Shown: in pieces, positions 12,170-24,246 of the stretch
Layout of the letters: every line of letters starts with the position of its first letter
How positions within the stretch are numbered: the first letter of the stretch is position 1
Assembly: GCA_002633005.1 (NCBI GenBank)
Contig: NMRA01000230.1
Location: forward strand, 288,823 to 322,257
DNA: 33,435 nt
Reading direction: 5' to 3'
Source of the DNA: Phoronis australis
Taxonomy: Eukaryota; Animalia; Phoronida
Translations under genes and position numbers: made by a program
Notes under the pieces: generated by a model
Told to the model about the DNA's origin: nothing
The model's database searches: none
The model's input: only the letters and a program-made list of their open reading frames with translations

Positions 12170-12636
12170 AGTTCAATAGAAGCTAAACCAACATCAATGC
12201 AGCAAGAGCGCTCAACAAAGGAACAGCGTTATCAGAAAATCTCAAATAACTCGAAAAGTAGACGTCCTAGCGAAAAATGGAAAACATCTTCTGAAAGCCT
12301 GTTCAAAATTCTATCTAAACTGATGGTATCGCCCAATTCCGTAAATTTTTCAATAAAGAAGGCTCCAAGAAGACATCATGGTTTTGTATCTAAAAGTGGG
12401 GGTTGAAAGATAGGGCAAAGACAACACAGCAGCTCCACATGCTCGCTGTCTGAGTCCGAATATACCAACCTCACCCGACACCGTAGTCAAAGAGACTTAC
12501 CTCACTCTTAAATTAAGGAAGAAATGGACTTCAACCCCGGATCTGGAGGACGTCTCCCATACCCACACCCTTCCCAACTAGGAAGTAACCCTCCAAGTAT
12601 CTTGTTGCTCCACAACAACAACAGTAGCGACCACAT

Positions 12637-12797
12637 TTACTACCGGCATATACCTTAAGTTTGGAATTCATTTTTTTGGTGGTTTGGAATTACTACCGGC
12701 ATATACCTTAAGTTTGGTAGTCATTTTCTTGGTGGTTTGGAGTTACTACCAGCATATACCTTAAGTTTGGAATTCATTTTCTTGGTGGTTTGGAATT
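12637..12797. repeat. 53-bp tandem repeat x3
   Basis: ttactacc(g/a)gcatataccttaagtttgg starts at 12637, 12690 and 12743. Confidence 0.93.
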
Positions 12798-14397
12798 GTG
12801 CTTCACTAGAATTTGAATATGTACAGAAAACCTCCTGACTTACAATGCTCAAGTGAAACTACTAGTAGTGGCTAAGTACCAGTATGACCATGTACATAAT
12901 GCATAAGACCATGAATTGTACAATCTTCATGCAAGTCACAATTCACATTGGGTACCTCCGGACTTCATTTTAACTTGGCAACAGTTCCTAGGCAACACTT
13001 CATGCATCTACAGTAACATTACATTGGAGATAGGAAACAAATATGCAATTCAGATTACTTCTAAGTGATGGAGCCTTTAAAAATCAGACTCCATACAGTC
13101 AAAGTTATCATCAAAGTATCAGAAAAGAGAGCATCAACCATTTTCGGTGATATGTTTAGTACAAATCAGATGCCTGGTTATCTTGGAAACATACCGGAAT
13201 CATTTACTGTTGCCTGGTGTGTGTTGACTATCTACTGACAATAGGAAGTGATGTAAACTGTTCAGGTGAAAGGTTATGACATCATGAACTGTTTTCGAAA
13301 CAGTGAGTTAACACTACTCCACGAACGAATGCACACACGCACAAATGAGCGAACGCACGCACTCACATAAGCGTACATAATGCAACAATCGATTTGGTGA
13401 CCTGCAGGTCATCAATACGGCCTCAGATTGTGTTTGGCGACCTAGGAAAAACTCCAAGTCGCCACAAGGTCGCCACTGCGAGTATCAAAGTCGGGCAATG
13501 TTTCCTTCTAAATTAGTTTCAAGGTTCCCGTTGACTTCCAAACTTGAAATTACTTATTAGTGCTCCTAGACTTATAACCTTTGATTCACAATTGTTCCAC
13601 TTATTTAATGAATTGAGTGCATTTGACACCACGCTAAATTACAACAGCAAGTTAACAGACAGAAAATGGAATTGTTCGGCAAAAATCGGGCAAGATTGGC
13701 AAAATTTCCGCCACGAGGCCATGCGGTCGTCTGGGTCCTATGCTCTTCCGTTAGGCAGAGGAATAACGGGGTTAAAGACTGAATGTACGTACATCGTACG
13801 TCCATGAAAAAATGTAGAGAAGCGCAAGGAGAATGGACGCTGTTACAGCCGTACAACCATTTTTATTGCCTGATGGAAATTTTCGTCCGATACGAAAATA
13901 CTTCGTCGGCGCTGATGGTTTTGTTGTTAATTTTGTAGACTTCAGATTTCGTTTGGCAACCTCAAGATGTCTGCCAGGTCGCCAAATGCGACTTGGCGTA
14001 TAGCTCAACGTTGAGCGCTGTACTGCATGTTGACTTTTGACATTTCCTTGAGAAAAACACAGTTAGCCCCTAAAATATACTACCTTATACATTGACCACA
14101 TGCGAGTCATTCTCATCAGCTGTTTCACATGACCCAAACGTATTGCTTGAAAAGACGTCTGCTCAATAGCAGCTTACAATGCATACGAAACAAACAGCGC
14201 CATCTGAGAGAACAATGATTCACTTGCTAGAAACACAACCCAGTGACAAAAAAGTCACTCAAGTTCAATTTACACGAGAGACAGCTTACATGGCGCGGAT
14301 AACACGAAACAACTGATCGGGTGCAAATGTGCACGTAAACACGACCAACATGAAGAGAGTGACACCACGGCGGTCAGTTCTTGACACTACTTTGATA

Positions 14398-14540
14398 AGT
14401 AGAGGGAGCTGCACTCCATCAGTAGAGGGAGCTGCACTCCATCAGTAGAGGGAGCTGCACTCCATCAGTAGAGGGAGCTGCACTCCATCAGTAGAGGGAG
14501 CTGCACTCCATCAGTAGAGGGAGCTGCACTCCATCAGTAG
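14398..14540. repeat. Perfect 23-bp minisatellite x6 (agtagagggagctgcactccatc)
   Basis: Identical tandem copies with no spacers. Confidence 0.95.
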
Positions 14541-14928
14541 CTCTAGTTTCAAATACACGTCGAAACACAACTGGGGAAGGGCGGAAATGAATATTCTTTC
14601 AATGCACTTGCCCAATACCATATATTCAAGTGATCAGCTGGCATTCTACCTAGTTTGAAGTAGAGCATTTGTTATTGTTTATGAGAGCATGTGCAGACAG
14701 TCTCATGTAAGGGTCTCATGTAAGGGTCTCATGCTGATCCAGTTTGCAATCTGATTTTGGGTAAATGCGACTTAAGTGGAGCAAGTTGCATGAGACAACT
14801 GACACAGTGACAACTGTCTCTCATGTAAAAGTAGCTTTATAAAAATGGTATGTTATGAATAGACAAAAGCAGTATTCAACTCCCCAGGTGAGTCATGAAA
14901 CAACACACCTCTAAACTCATTATCTCAC

Positions 14929-14996
14929 CTGCATGCTGGTGCCATCAGCAGCAACACTGCACCCACCAAAACACACCTGGCTAACATAATATCCAT
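14929..14996 (-). CDS. Candidate alternative signal-peptide exon of crumbs (MDIMLARCVLVGAVLLLMAPAC-R)
   Basis: actATGG Kozak context, hydrophobic core VLVGAVLLLMA, CAG|gtgaga donor in phase 2 matching the acceptor at 11631. No transcript evidence is available. Confidence 0.5.
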
Positions 14997-15276
14997 AGTC
15001 TGAACTCTCCTGGGGATAGCAAGTAACTTAACACACCAGGTAGTAGCAACATCAGCCACTCTCACACCCCAACTAGAAGTCCTCCCTAAAGACTGCTCAG
15101 ACATTCTTGTAACCGTAGTAACTGCCTCACATGTTCTAGTGTTTGTCAATTTTCCTTGCCCGTAAGGAGACCTTTCAATTTTACACCCCTGACTCTTGAT
15201 CCTGTTTACTGAATGAGGGGTGGAGTGATGACACTGTGACATATCTGTGGAAGGTCTATAAGAACACCCAGATCCA

Positions 15277-15393
15277 TCACAGACATCAGTGTCCATACAT
15301 CTGGTCACACAGACATTGGTGTCCATACATCTGGTCACACAGACATCGGTGTCCATACAACTGGTCACTGCTGTGTCTATACAACTGGTCACT
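15277..15393. repeat. 30-bp tandem repeat (about 3 copies plus 24-bp derivatives)
   Basis: gtgtc(c/t)ataca(t/a)ctggtcac is repeated; it produces the VTRCMDTDVC repeats of ORF 14925..15491. Confidence 0.85.
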
Positions 15394-18300
15394 GCGTGCT
15401 TGTCACAAGACTCAACAGGAATACAAAGCTTCGACATCATCGATCCTTCTCTCACAATTACAGTGTCTAACTGACAAATTTCAAATGGCACACCAATTTC
15501 TCAGAAGAAAATAGTCTTCCTGGGAGAATTAAATGCCAAATGATGCGACTCAACCATCAAAATCACAGATGGGTCAAAAAGTTCATCAAATAACTGTATC
15601 TGAAAAGGCTTAGACAGCGTCACAAGACAAAATCTCTCACAGAGGCAATACCCAATGAGTTCCAAGTCCAACAGCTAGACAGCAAAGTCATGAAAATCGC
15701 CTCGATGATAACGTATTGCCTCTACTAGCTTGAGAATCGTCCCCCTTGGCAAACATTCTACAACTTCTCCATACCAGACTAACCCTGAATAACCAGTTAC
15801 TGAATGTCCTCATTACCAATAGTCATTCACCACTCTTGAGAGCTGAGCACCTAGACACTTTTGTCCAACAGAACATTATTCATAACTAGATTAGGTAAAC
15901 AGACGTTCACAAAGACTCCAACAATAGGCGGGTCCAATGGTTCAGCTAACACAGTGAGTAGGAAGGTATGTTGGACTGGGGTGATTCACTACAGTGTAGT
16001 GATGATAAACAGAACAGCTAGTTGTCACACCTGTAGATTACCTGGCCAGCCAATGAGATAAGCACAAACAAAAAACAGGGGACAAGTCTAGTCAAGGAAA
16101 AGATAAAAGTAAACAGACTCTAAACATTAATAGGCACAATGAATACTCGTTCCAACACAGAAAAGTGCAATAGGGATGTCTGAATGTCTGAGAGGCTCCT
16201 AAATATCGGAATTATCCACAAGCAAAGACTCTTGTTCTCTTCTGCTAAATCACGAGTCCTTCCTTCCTCATGCAAACATCAGCCACTCCACAGGTGTCTC
16301 GTAACATTCAACTTGGGCTGCTCCTCATCCACAAGCCAATTAATCAATAACTGCTCTTGAATAAACGATTTCTTGTCAACAGACAATCACATGATCATTA
16401 CCGCACCAAAACAAGAACAAAAGAACAGCACAGCCCTTGAGATACACAGGGATATAGCAGTAATCCTTTCCACACAGCTCGTATACACGCTCTTGATCCA
16501 GGATCTCATATCAAACCCAAACTAATTTCATCATACAGCCTTTGGAATTTAATAAAAAAGAACTCAAATTGAATATCAATAATGGATCAAGCGATGTGTT
16601 GTGCAGAAAGTCTTGAAACTACGGGCAAACAATGAGGAGGAGGCAGAACACTTCAATTTTCTATGGGTGCAGTGAAGCATTAAGTTATCCTGCCTTATCA
16701 AGGCTACTGGTGATAAGGCAAGCCTCTGGTTGGAGCCCACTGCATCTACAACCACTGAGTTAATCCCTGGGGCAGTCACTATGGCGACCAGATAAACTTT
16801 AGCTACAGTCAAGTATCAGTAGCAGAGACACTAGCAGCAACTAATGCATCAGTTGAAAACTTCAACTTGTAAAATTGAAATATAATTAAAAGCCTGGTGT
16901 TTGTTTGTCACAAACAAGTCAAAGGTGATTCTGTGACAGACAATCTCAGTGTCATCCACAAGTCAATAAATAACTTGTGGGAAGTCCATCTCCTGTGGTC
17001 ATGAATTCAATCACGACATCAACAAGAGTCTACACTGCAGGTGAGAACGAACACAACAATCACTGGTTTTTGCATTCAAATTGCAATGCTTCAGCAGAAT
17101 AATGATAAATTCTGGTCAATGGGGCCCTTCACTCTAAAACCAACATCCAAATATCCGGTAGTCCAGATGTCAGTGCCCACAAAAACGTGCACGACACAGA
17201 TTAACGATACAACACCCCCACAGTGTGAAGGGAAATGTGAACTGTTTCCAGCAGAGAAACCATAAACAACTGATGATTCAGCAAACAGTCTCCAGGATAA
17301 CAGCTGAGTGTTTTATGACACAGCATTGGTGATAAAACACCACCACGATCACGTTAGCCTCTGAACACTAAATAACACCGGTCACAACTGATCAGTCGAT
17401 GGAAATTTCCAACAAACAACAATCAGACATCCGCACCACAATCCAAAGCGGGCATCCTCGAAATCATCCAACATAAATTCCTGTCTTCAGCACCTTTTTC
17501 TTGTTTCGCTCCGAAATTCTCAAACAAGAGGGAGTGCAGAATAAAGACGTGTCAGAAAGATTATCCTCGTCAGAGAATTCTTCGCTCTACAGACACAGGC
17601 AGAGACTCCTATTGATTCTAGGTGCACAGACCCAGCACAATATTGTGAACCTGAGGTCAGGTAATCCAGCACACCACCACCCTGTCTACCTGTGGTCTTC
17701 TAGTCTCAACCACTGTAGTGAATGATCACACCCCTCAATACATTATCAACCACTACTGATCAATGCAAGCTCATTCAACAACACACCATGTCCCTCATGC
17801 AGCATGCCTGTGATGACAGGTCAGACTATTATGCAGTAGGTCACCAATATTGACCTCATTCAAAGCCACAACAAAAGAAGGGCCACAATAGGCTGAGCAA
17901 TTGAGTGGGGCTCCACATGGTAAGAACCAGAAGCGAAAATAAACAGGGATTTTTGTTTAAACACCTACTAATAGGGCAATAAACGAAAATGTAATGGGAT
18001 AAATTGCCCTTTTTGAATTAGATTGCAGCAGAAGGCAGATGAAAATTAGGCACTGCATTATGGTAGGATCTGACCTCAGACAAGCCTGGCAGCACAGTGA
18101 CACCTATTGAGTGAACATACACAGATGCCTAATAACTAAATGTCTCCATGCTTGAACACAACTAGCACAATAGTCAACTATCAACATGGTCTGTACATAA
18201 CCAAAATAAAAAAAAAAAAAAAAAAAAAACAGTTCCAGCATGCTGTTTTTAGGGCTGCCACGAAACATTTCTCCTTCGGACACCGTGGTTATTGCTTGTG

Positions 18301-19278
18301 TAGCATCTCAGATTCACCGGTGTTCAGCGATTGACAGAGCATCTAATATTAAAAATTCCTACCCATAGCAAGAAACGGATGTGAATTCCACTATAAATTT
18401 CTCCCTTTCTCATCATCAGGGAACAAACTATTTTCTGATGTCCCCTAAAAAGTGTCTGTTCCCAAGAGACTATGACCAGTGTTCACAACCCACAGACAAT
18501 CAATACCCCAAAGGAAACAAAGGCAGCAGTGTTATAGTACAGATACATTGAGATAGCCAGGTACCCACTATAAACATAGAGCTGAACCTGTACCACTTAG
18601 ACAACCACAGAGTTTGTCTTGGGATCATTTACTAAAAACACAAGTTCTAGAGAAGGTTCACTGATTGGAAACTGGTCAGTTATCAAATGTTCCTTTGTAA
18701 AGAACACAACGCCATCACAGGACATACAGAGAAGTGTGTCGCCACAAAATAGGTTGACAAGGACCACCTGTACTCTATTTCCTCTGAACTTTGAAAATAC
18801 CCATATCAGTAACCACTTTACCAAGCTCACATCTCGGTTTGAAAGCACACCAACGACCGTTTTTCGATAAAATATCAATACTATTGCAATACCAAAATTT
18901 CTGACCTCACCGTATCAAACACGAATCATACACAAAGGTATCAACCGTGTCAGTGTAGAACCCAGCAACGTGACGGCAAAAATACGCAAGTTCTTCCTTC
19001 ACCTCTTTAGCACACAGTGTGACAGACACCTGACATTCTATGTTACTAAATTTCTTCGCATGACGAGTTTGGGTTGTAGTGTGGAGACTTCATAAAGACA
19101 TTGGCAAACTACATTATTTGCGAGAAAGTAATCATGCCATGAAAAATGGAAAATGGCTATTTTGGAAATTATTTTTTAGCACAAATATTCGAAGAATTAT
19201 CATAGAGACTAGAAGAAATGATTAGAACCCATTATAGAGTTACAGGAGAGCCCAGTTCACAGCATCAATAATTTCTAA

Positions 19279-19993
19279 TGTGGAGTGAATAAAATCATTT
19301 CAACTAGACTTACTTGAAAGTGCAAGACCTTAGGGACTCTGGTCCCATTGAAAGGGAAGAGAGCTACTGTGTCAGGGTATGTGCTCTTGTGTTGCGCGAC
19401 ACCTGACGGATATTGTCATCCAGAGCAGACGAGATCTTGATCTTACCCCGCACCCGTGTCCGTTACAAACACGGCTTGGAATGACCAATGACAAAAAAGA
19501 GGAAAAGTTTCTAAGTGATGTATTATTTCACAAATAAATAGACTTGTCTGAGAGAAATATTTTTTGTGTTGCAAAATGTAAGTGAAAGAAATGTTTTTGC
19601 ATGAATAATGTCAAAATGACAAAAATGAGACAAAAAAGAAGAAACTTGAAATGAAGTATGAGAAAATTGAAACCAAAAAAGAGGAAATTCTCTTAGAAAT
19701 GGAAATTCCAAGCCCTATACTCAGCATATCGACAGTCATTCATAATAACCTCCATTCATGCATTCCCAGCTTCAAAAGTGACAATATGTTGAGATTAAGA
19801 GTAACAAACACCATGGGGTAAGATCCAAGATCTCGTCTACTCAGGATGACAGTATCCATCAGGTGTCGCGCAACACTAGAGCTCATACCCTGACACAGTT
19901 GCCATCTACCCCTTGAAGGAGGCAGTAATTCCCGAAGATCCAGGACATTTTTATCAAGTAAGTCCAGTTGAAACGAATCAAATTCACTCCACA
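19279..19993. mobile_element. Long inverted-repeat (foldback/MITE-like) element, arms ~19279-19466 and ~19801-19993
   Basis: Arms are reverse complements over about 190 bp (e.g. gtgttgcgcgacacctga / tcaggtgtcgcgcaacac; tgtggagtgaat / attcactccaca). Confidence 0.85.
19470..19717. mobile_element. MITE-like element, copy 2, nested between the arms of the inverted-repeat element
   Basis: TIR ggcttggaat / attccaagcc; homologous to 171-402. Confidence 0.7.
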
Positions 19994-21414
19994 ACTGATA
20001 TGCCTTGATGGATCAAGACTTGTATTTCATCAGCGATTTTTAGTGTTGGGTGCCTCCAATGTCCTGCAGACACAACCCATGTTACCATAAGACACACCAC
20101 ATAGTAGCAGGAAGCAACAGATGGTTTAAATAGCTTAATACTCCTTACTAAACATGGCTTTGATTTATGGACATTTGGGGGAATTCCTCAATGAAACCAG
20201 AACAGCCAACAGAGGGCAGCAACAGCACTGACGGTAATTGCTGATATGGACAAGGAAACATAACCCAGAAAATGCAAAACATATAAAAATGATGCATTCA
20301 GTCAATATGGTGTGACAATATAACGGCCGATTGCTTCTTCTCTGTGTTCTTAGGCTACAAAGTTGAAAAACTGCAACCCAAATGATTCTGATAGTTATGA
20401 ATTCACATCCCTCAAAGGATAAATGATAACTAGTCAGATCGTCATTCACAGCATGATTCACTTGGAAAACCTCTTTTGGTCATTTATTGTCATTCCAGGT
20501 AAGAAATAACTGTTAAAACATGAATTCTTACAAACCATTAATATCATATCATACCATTTGCAGAAATGGTTGATATGAATGCAAATAAAAAATTCTTTTA
20601 TAAGTTACAACCAACCACAATTGCCCGTGCACACTGAAATACAATACAAAAACCTTGAGTTGTCATAATCGCCAGGGTCCCTCAGACATCTTGGATTCTT
20701 ACCTACGCAACCCACTTTGTTAACAGAAGGAAATCCTCGTTTAATCCAAAAATGTAACTATAACGATATACTCTGACGCAGCTATAGAAAAAGACACCCC
20801 TCTTTTGCCAAGCTCGGACTTCTCTACAGGTATGCCCCAGCGATGAGATCTGTCTACACACATCACCTTTTGTTTATTTAGCTCGTTAATCAGGTGTTAA
20901 GCATACTGTCCCATCCACTTGGGTGATTCACCAGCTAATGGACAGTGGTCAGTAATGTAAATGGCCAATTAACTCCTGGTTGTGTAATGCACCAAGCATG
21001 AGACAAGGGTGCAGTGTTGTTGAGTGGGTGACCTTGATATTAGCACAAAGCAGGTGATGAGTTTGTCATAAGAGAAACAAGCTATGCATTAACACCACCT
21101 GTAGGACAGTTAGCAAAAGGAATGTATCGGCCAATCACATGGCCAATATGACCTCTCAAGCGTGGTCTTGGATGCAACGTAGGGTAAATATTCCGGTCAG
21201 ATATGTGTTAATTTGGTTGAAATCAAGACCACAGCCGAAAATGAAAGCCTTACGAATGGTACAAGTTGTCCAGTATGGAACAGTGAAGATGCTATTATTT
21301 TGCTCAAAGTCCGAGTTTCACCCAGATTTTAGAAATATGCAGTATTGACCATCAGGAACTACCAGAAAGATAAATTTTGTATTGGGAGTAAAGTTCAATG
21401 CCTTTCACCGGCCG

Positions 21415-21484
21415 GGAGGCAGAGTGGCTCAGTGGTTTGAGCTCCGCACTACTGTTTGGGAGAACTGGGTTCGAATCCTGGCTT
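21415..21484 (+). mobile_element. tRNA-derived SINE-like head (Pol III A and B boxes)
   Basis: A box tggctcagtgg at 21425-35 and B box ggttcgaatcc at 21468-78 with tRNA-like spacing; no intact cloverleaf. Confidence 0.6.
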
Positions 21485-23022
21485 TACTGGCAGACAATCA
21501 AGCATTGCATAAAGGTGTCTCTTACTCCTGTGAGCTCAGTGTTACTAGTGAATGCATGCGAGGGAGTGACTGAGAACCTGGATATAATGTGAAAACTATT
21601 TCTGAGGCTGTACTCGTATTTTTTTACTTTGATACAAAATGCATAGTCCTGATATTTGAGAAACACGTTGAATGCCAAATTACGCATGTCCCACCATATT
21701 GTGCGTTAAATACGAAAAGAATTACCATGGTTACTGAGCAGAAATGACAAAAAACTAAGCTGGAGACAAAAAGCAAAGTACAAAATATCTAAACATTAAT
21801 TCTTTCGGCACATTAAAAACAAAGACAAAAATTCTCACAAGCACTAGGACAAACACGCGCTGTTTATTGACTCCCAGATGGAAAAATCTGTGTGTGCTAC
21901 TGCCACAAACTAGAGGGTCAAAAGAAAAAAGGGATCCTTGTACATAAGAAACACCATGTACCAGTTGATGTAATCAAGTCACAATGCAGACATTCCCTGA
22001 CCATGTGCTGTGTAAACATTTAGAGAAAACAACATCACTTGGAATCTTTTCATCTTTTCCTACAGTTTTGATGAATAACCTGATAAAACTTCCGTTCACA
22101 AAGAACAGAATGTCTCACTACAGTGTGGTGTGGGAACAGAGCACAACTAATGAATAGGGGGCCATGATGTAATCAATCTTGAGCCACCAAACCTGCCACT
22201 TTCATCAAACTGGACACAGACAGTGATTGCTATTAGAAAATGAGTTTTTCATTGCTTGTAGAAATAAACCAACCAACCAAGCACACCACAGACTGCTTCA
22301 AGAGGGCACAATAATTGTGGTTTTTGGATGACTGTCAACCGGAAGAAAGAGATTATTTTCAAAGAAAGGGCATAAATAAATCCTCGAATGCCCATTTAGA
22401 CCAACTCATGATAACCACTCTTTAGCTTAGGACACAAAAATCAGGTGACATTTCATTTTGTCCCAATAACTGTTCCGGAAAATTTACGTTGGTTTTATTG
22501 TGAGATATATGGCATAGCTATTATCAAACAACATTTGGTGAATATTTCAACATTTGCTTCTAAGCAAATAAAAGATCCAAAATGTGCCAGTTTTACAGAC
22601 TGCTTTCAAATGTTTGTCATAACTCCTTCGCTGTTCAGTGAGTTATTGCACCCCTTGTGTTCAAACTCACCTCTGTCTGCATAGGCCCAGGCAATTTAAG
22701 AAAGTCCCACTTGACAAGAATTTAACTTGCCACATGCGACAGTTTGAACAGTTCGTGCAAAATAACCAAGAAGCAGGCCAATAAGAGCACACTTCTGCCA
22801 TGCACAAACAACAATAGTTTTTAAAAAAATTGATGAATTTCGACCAAGTTTGTCTGGCTTCATTGATGTTATGAAAACACCCACAAGGATACCTGGCATA
22901 AAACAACACTAAACCACTTGGAAATTAGACGGGAAATTTTTGGTTCAAAAAACTACAATGACTTTCTCGGAGATGAAAGTGAAAATTACCATATCTGGGC
23001 ATATTGGGTGAAGCAGCACGAT

Positions 23023-23345
23023 CATCAAATGATGAGATGTACAACGCATGTAACATGCAGGCACATCAAATGATGAGATGTTAAACACATGTAACATGCA
23101 GGCACATCAAATGATGAGATGTTAAACACATGTAACATGCTAGCACGTCAAATGATGAAATGTAAGACACATATACATGCTGGCACATTGAATGATGAGA
23201 TGTAATACACATATACACCCTGGCACATTAAATGATGAGATGTAAAACACATGTAACATGCTAGCAAATCAACTGGTGAGATGTAAGACACACGTAATGT
23301 GATGGCATATCTCGTGATGAGATGACAAATGAAACGCATACTGCA
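23023..23345. repeat. 41-bp minisatellite, about 8 progressively diverged copies
   Basis: Unit catcaaatgatgagatgttaaacacatgtaacatgcaggca, with starts at 23023, 23064 and onward. Confidence 0.9.
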
Positions 23346-23465
23346 CAGCTGAACACTTATTTTGAGTGGCTTGGACAATTGTAAAAATCCTGCGTGACAT
23401 CACCACAACAAGCGCATTTCAAGGCTCCCATCTGATTTCTGAACTTGTAACACCGTGAAACTTAC

Positions 23466-24246
23466 CTCCACCCCGTGAAACCAGGAACGCAATTACACGT
23501 GTAGTTTGCAATCCCATCCACACACGTGGCGCCATTCTCGCACGCGTGCACAACGCACTCGTCTATGTTGTTCTCACACAGGGTCCCGTTGAAGCCTGGC
23601 AGACACTCACAAGTGTAGGCGTCAAATACATCCACACAGGGTGCACTGTTCGCACACTTCTCCCAGCCTGGGTTGCACACGGGGTCACCCCGGCACAAGA
23701 ACTGTAGGTCCGGCGACACAGTTTCCATGTAGAACACGTGACCGCTGCGATTGCGTGGTAGGTGGTCCTCGCTAAAGAATGGCACGAGATACCCTCCGAG
23801 TCGTACATCGTCCAGGCACCCCTTGTAGGTAGTGAGAGTTGATCCATCCATGCCTCCAACGTAGAGTTTACCTCCAGACTTCAGCATGTCATTCAGTGAT
23901 GATGTGAACGACCCCTGTGTTGTCTTGTTGATCATTCCGTCCACGTTTACTGTAATATTAGAACTGAGGAGAGTGATCATAACGTTATGCCATCGACCGT
24001 CCAGCACATCCACCTCAGACGTCTCCATGGTAACTGTTGAGCTGTCTCCAGAGTTGACCTCGACGACCAAGGATACGGAGGTTTTGACCCTGACGTAGTC
24101 AGACTGAACATTGCCAATGAGAAGAATCAACTGGTTTTGACGTCGAGATCGCATGCGGAAGGAAATGGTTTGCACATCCTCGGCAGAAAAGTTGAGATTC
24201 TGACTGAATGTCAGCAAAGTGTTGTTGAATGTGGCAGGAGTAAGGC
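23466..24246 (-). CDS. crb: Crumbs exon (laminin G domain 3 + 2 EGF)
   Basis: tag acceptor, GAG|gtaag donor; 781 nt, phase 1 to 2; motifs ISFRMRSR, LDGRWHNV, LYVGG, YKGCLDDVRLGG. Confidence 0.93.

Noticed and set aside
13390-14020. Recurring tttggcgacc/ggtcgcca motifs (also about 3540-3870)
   Set aside because: Probably remnants of a non-autonomous DNA transposon family, but I could not define the ends or TSDs well enough to annotate them.
2419-14540. CRISPR-like appearance of the 36-bp, 20-bp and 23-bp arrays
   Set aside because: Units are head-to-tail with no unique spacers, there are no cas genes, and the context is eukaryotic introns. They are minisatellites.
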